A stretch of 38,830 bases of DNA. Source: a virus (Duplodnaviria > Caudoviricetes). Position numbers and translations under genes: made by a program. Under the pieces are notes generated by a model, which was not told the origin of the DNA, did not search any database, and saw only the letters and a program-made list of their open reading frames with translations. Location: IMG/VR virus record IMGVR_UViG_3300033487_000021, positions 1-38,830 of that record. One strand, written 5' to 3'. Below are positions 36,106-38,830 of the stretch, piece after piece. Within the stretch, counting starts at the first letter, position 1, and each line of letters opens with the position of its first letter.

Positions 36106-36437
36106 CTGCGTCCTCCTGCCATGGCCGTAGCCCGTATCGCCGCATCCAGCAGTGCGGCAATCTCCACGAACGATTGACTGGTTCCCGCTTGAGCCAGCTC
36201 GAAATCCATGCGCACGTGGCTGGGACCCCCACTGCGAGCCATCAGCAGGAACTGGGCAATTGTGATGTCCCGGGCATTGCCAACCACTGCATCCAGTTGC
36301 TCGTCGCTCAGAATGCAGAAGCGTTGCAATTGCCGGGACATGGATTCGTGGCAGTGCTCAGCAGCCACTTTGCCAAGCACTTCGGTAAGCCAAGCCTCGT
36401 TGTCTGTCGGAGTGCTCTTAGAAGGTGGTTCCGGCAT
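36102..36437 (-). CDS. Hypothetical helical protein inside the Ubl operon
   Basis: 111 aa from ATG36437 with GGAGG RBS; overlaps E2 end and JAB start (ATGA). Confidence 0.65.
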   Translation of the reverse strand: MPEPPSKSTPTDNEAWLTEVLGKVAAEHCHESMSRQLQRFCILSDEQLDAVVGNARDITIAQFLLMARSGGPSHVRMDFELAQAGTSQSFVEIAALLDAAIRATAMAGGRR

Positions 36438-37308
36438 CGCCAGCCTCCAGCGGCCGTATCCCGGCGCGCAACTGGACTTCGGACACGAACGATTCGACAA
36501 ACTCCCCGAACTTGTAGTGGGTCTCGGCCTTGGCAATGATCTTCAGACCGGTATCGGGGTCCGCTTTGGACAACTTGGCCAGAACTGGGATGCCCCGCAC
36601 TGGCTCAGAGCGCACTTCCGGGCCGATGGTCGCGAGATTGGCCAACCATGTCTCGGCATTGACCGGGCCGCTGGACATGGCGTCCATGATCTCAGCGATG
36701 TGCCGCGTATCCTGCTCGAACCGGGCATCGGTGCTGGCACGGTCGGTCAGACCGTACTCTTCCCACGGTTGGTCGAGGTCGTCGTTCCAGACGGTGCTCC
36801 ACATGGAGTCCACGAATTCCGGCAGCGCCTTGAAGTCTGGCAGGCGGTTTGGCCAGATGACGGCTCCAGTACACATCTCCAGGTTGTCCGGGTGGACATT
36901 GGGCAACGGCGCTCGGTACACCAGATCATCCGGGCTGGAGATGTGATTGACCGAGCCAGTCACCGCAACGCGCTGGAGTGTCTTGGTCGTGGTATTGATA
37001 ACCACGTACCACTGTAGCCATGGCATCGAAACGGCATACTCCGTCGGACGGTGCTCGTCCTGGCGCTTGGCTTGGTACTTCATGGCGCGCATGCCCGGAA
37101 CGGTCTGGAACACGAACGCCTTGAGACCGTGGCCGGCACAGCAGAGCAGTGTCCCGGGCGGCAGAAGCCCGCTGGACAGGGACAGATTGGACAGGGCGTC
37201 CTTCTTGAGCTGATCGAGGAACGATTTCACCGTGACAGACCGGACTACCTTCCGGTCCACCAGTTGCACCGTGTCACCGCGAATCACGAACTCGCGGGTG
37301 GATTCCAT
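36418..37308 (-). CDS. Prokaryotic E2 conjugating enzyme (family D / PRTRC protein B-like)
   Basis: LLPPG, SMPWL.W.V, VYRAPLPNVHPDNLEMCTG (candidate catalytic Cys 36871-36873), MWSTVWNDDL; context between Ubl and JAB/E1. Confidence 0.82.
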   Translation of the reverse strand: MESTREFVIRGDTVQLVDRKVVRSVTVKSFLDQLKKDALSNLSLSSGLLPPGTLLCCAGHGLKAFVFQTVPGMRAMKYQAKRQDEHRPTEYAVSMPWLQWYVVINTTTKTLQRVAVTGSVNHISSPDDLVYRAPLPNVHPDNLEMCTGAVIWPNRLPDFKALPEFVDSMWSTVWNDDLDQPWEEYGLTDRASTDARFEQDTRHIAEIMDAMSSGPVNAETWLANLATIGPEVRSEPVRGIPVLAKLSKADPDTGLKIIAKAETHYKFGEFVESFVSEVQLRAGIRPLEAGDAGTTF

Positions 37309-37326
37309 CTCAGCCTCCTGTAAAGT

Positions 37327-37363
37327 GGGGGTTCCGGCCGCGTCGTAGCTGACCGGAACCCCC
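37327..37363 (-). terminator. Hairpin between Ubl and E2 genes
   Basis: GGGGGTTCCGG (37327-37337) / CCGGAACCCCC (37353-37363), followed by a weak ACTTT tail on the - strand. Confidence 0.6.
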
Positions 37364-37377
37364 GTGTCCGGAGCCGT

Positions 37378-37587
37378 CTAGCCCTTGGAGCCAGCCGCCT
37401 TGACCAGCTCGACCACATCGCCGTCGGACGGGATGTAGTCGTCGGCCACCGTGCCGTGGCCCTCGACCCGGAACGTCTCGTTCCCGGCGGTGCTCAGCAC
37501 CGACTCCGCGGCCTCGGCCAGCTCGCTGACGGAACGGCCGTCAGCCTCCAGACGCAGCTCCTGGCACCCGAACCTCACCGTGATCAT
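37378..37587 (-). CDS. Ubiquitin-like (beta-grasp) protein
   Basis: 69 aa from ATG37587 (AGGAGG RBS): ITVRFG..SVSEL..FRVEG..DYIPSDGDVVELVKAAGSKG; beta-grasp pattern with free C-terminal Gly. Confidence 0.85.
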   Translation of the reverse strand: MITVRFGCQELRLEADGRSVSELAEAAESVLSTAGNETFRVEGHGTVADDYIPSDGDVVELVKAAGSKG

Positions 37588-37633
37588 GGAACCCTCCTGC
37601 CCCTGTGGGGCAAAGCCGGCGACAGGCCGGCGG

Positions 37634-38239
37634 TTAAACATGGTACTTGGGGTCGTCAGCGTTGAAACCGGTCACCAGCATGGCCACAGCACGGGCATAG
37701 GCCACTGCATGAGTCCGACATAACACCTTGGAAACTATCCACTTGTCCCTTGCGACGTCTGAACCGGGCAGGTAGAGCATGCTCTCTTCCATGGCGGGAG
37801 AGTTGACCGATGCCATGGCCAGTGTCGAACCCGGCAGTTGCAGGTTCGTGGAATGCTCTACCATGGGGTTGGATTCGCCGTCCTCGGAGGCCCAGCCCCG
37901 TATGTGCTCGCTCATCTTGATGCACCGGACGGAAACGCGCCACTGATCTAGCTCGGAAGCCAGGGCATGCATCAGGGCAACTTGGAGAACGAGCGTCTTG
38001 GACTTGTCGGTCACTTCGGTCACCATGCCAATGGGCTTGACCTTGCGGCCCAGAACCTCACCGATCTCCAGGTGCATGGGCCACTTGGCAGTCATTGCCT
38101 GAGCATCCATCCCGGTCTCTGCACCGCCCATGCGCTTGTAAGGCCCGTTGCCGAATGACCGGCGGTGATGTGCATCGCCGTTCAGTATCCGGCGGGCCTC
38201 CCAGTAGTCAAGCGATGGCAGCTTCTCTTCAGTGGGCAT
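37634..38239 (-). CDS. Hypothetical protein upstream of Ubl
   Basis: 201 aa, AGGAGG RBS; no family recognised. Confidence 0.65.
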   Translation of the reverse strand: MPTEEKLPSLDYWEARRILNGDAHHRRSFGNGPYKRMGGAETGMDAQAMTAKWPMHLEIGEVLGRKVKPIGMVTEVTDKSKTLVLQVALMHALASELDQWRVSVRCIKMSEHIRGWASEDGESNPMVEHSTNLQLPGSTLAMASVNSPAMEESMLYLPGSDVARDKWIVSKVLCRTHAVAYARAVAMLVTGFNADDPKYHV

Positions 38240-38401
38240 TGGTGGCCTCCTGTAGCCGGGTGACCTTGGTGACCTCCGGGGTCACTGGCGCGGTCACCCG
38301 GCATTGACTTGCCGGCCAGCCATGGCCAGCGCGGCGGTCTGGAGTCGGGCAGGAGGCGAGTCCCGTTGACCGCCGATGGTACGGGAGTGCCCCGAGTGAC
38401 C

Positions 38402-38482
38402 TCAGGCAGTGAGCCATAAGCCAAGCCAGAGCAAGCCGATGGCTATCAGAAACCATGCCAGACCCTCCGAATAGGCGCTCAT
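38402..38482 (-). CDS. 26-aa membrane peptide
   Basis: MSAYSEGLAWFLIAIGLLWLGLWLTA, ATGA overlap with upstream gene. Confidence 0.5.
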   Translation of the reverse strand: MSAYSEGLAWFLIAIGLLWLGLWLTA

Positions 38483-38688
38483 TGCAGTGTGCCACCGTTC
38501 GGGCCGCACTCGCCACGCAGGTAACCCAACCACCTGTGACGGTTGAAGTTGGGATTCTCGCGGGACATCCAGCGGCAGAGGGCATCCAGGACATGCTCCG
38601 GAATGCCCGGAAGCATGGCAGACTGACATTCGCGCAGTGCATCCGCCAGCGAGATGAAGTGCTTCTTGGTCAGGGCCGGGCGGCTCAC
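38479..38688 (-). CDS. Small phage early protein
   Basis: 69 aa; LTKKHF..LA..NPNFNR.RW pattern common in small phage proteins. Confidence 0.65.
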   Translation of the reverse strand: MSRPALTKKHFISLADALRECQSAMLPGIPEHVLDALCRWMSRENPNFNRHRWLGYLRGECGPNGGTLQ

Positions 38689-38830
38689 TAGCGCACCGTC
38701 ACAGGGAAGACGATGCGGTTGAGCTGGTCGATCAGCTCCTTGGAGTTCCAGACGCCGCGATTGTAGGCTTGCAGCACGTGCTCGATGTTGGTGCGCTCGG
38801 CCAGGAGGGTCTTGAGCATGATCTGGGCAG
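38688..38830 (-). CDS. Partial hypothetical protein (3' end only)
   Basis: Open frame ..AQIMLKTLLAERTNIEHVLQAYNRGVWNSKELIDQLNRIVFPVTVR ending at TAG 38690-38688; runs off the window. Confidence 0.55.
   Translation of the reverse strand, partial: AQIMLKTLLAERTNIEHVLQAYNRGVWNSKELIDQLNRIVFPVTVR

Noticed and set aside
36102-36125. C-terminal GG(RR) of the 111-aa ORF, and GG ends of the scaffold, 15280-15930 and 31345-31819 proteins, as extra Ubl-like tails
   Set aside because: Each Gly-Gly is encoded by the GGAGG Shine-Dalgarno of the next gene, and none of these proteins has a beta-grasp pattern
34424-37587. Thiamine/molybdopterin sulfur-relay (ThiS/ThiF) auxiliary metabolic genes
   Set aside because: No ThiG, MoaE, rhodanese or cysteine synthase nearby, while an E2 with a Cys is present
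1-38830. Stop-codon reassignment as an explanation for long overlaps
   Set aside because: TAG, TGA and TAA all terminate well-supported genes and core genes are intact under the standard code

Overview
This window is most of the genome of an uncultured-looking, GC-rich tailed phage with a short-tail (podovirus-type, SU10/P22-like) virion module. It has two convergent arms meeting at a hairpin at about 25.3 kb. The + arm (1-25.3 kb) is late/structural: three glycosyltransferase-like genes, portal, scaffold, DUF5309/SU10-type major capsid, adaptor, an apparently split nozzle, tail/adhesin proteins, three ejection proteins (one of 2164 aa), a holin-like gene and a u-spanin-like lipoprotein. The - arm (25.2-38.8 kb) is early/middle: RusA, replication initiator and loader-like proteins, two Cas4-like PD-(D/E)XK proteins, a probable annealing protein and an array of small genes with repeated junctions. 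The standout is a compact, apparently complete phage-encoded ubiquitin-like conjugation operon at 34424-37587: Ubl ending in GSKG, a prokaryotic E2 (family D-like), an unknown 111-aa ORF, a JAB/JAMM peptidase and a ThiF/E1, all with intact-looking catalytic motifs. Other notable items are a possible virion glycosylation system with a recurrent Ser-Pro-(Gly)-Cys motif in Cys-rich structural proteins, a duplicated nozzle N-terminus carrying a PKD/beta-propeller adhesin, and a promoter-attenuator RNA upstream of the replication genes. No terminase, integrase, DNA polymerase, endolysin, tRNA or CRISPR array was recognised. All calls come from reading motifs by eye; no database searches were run.
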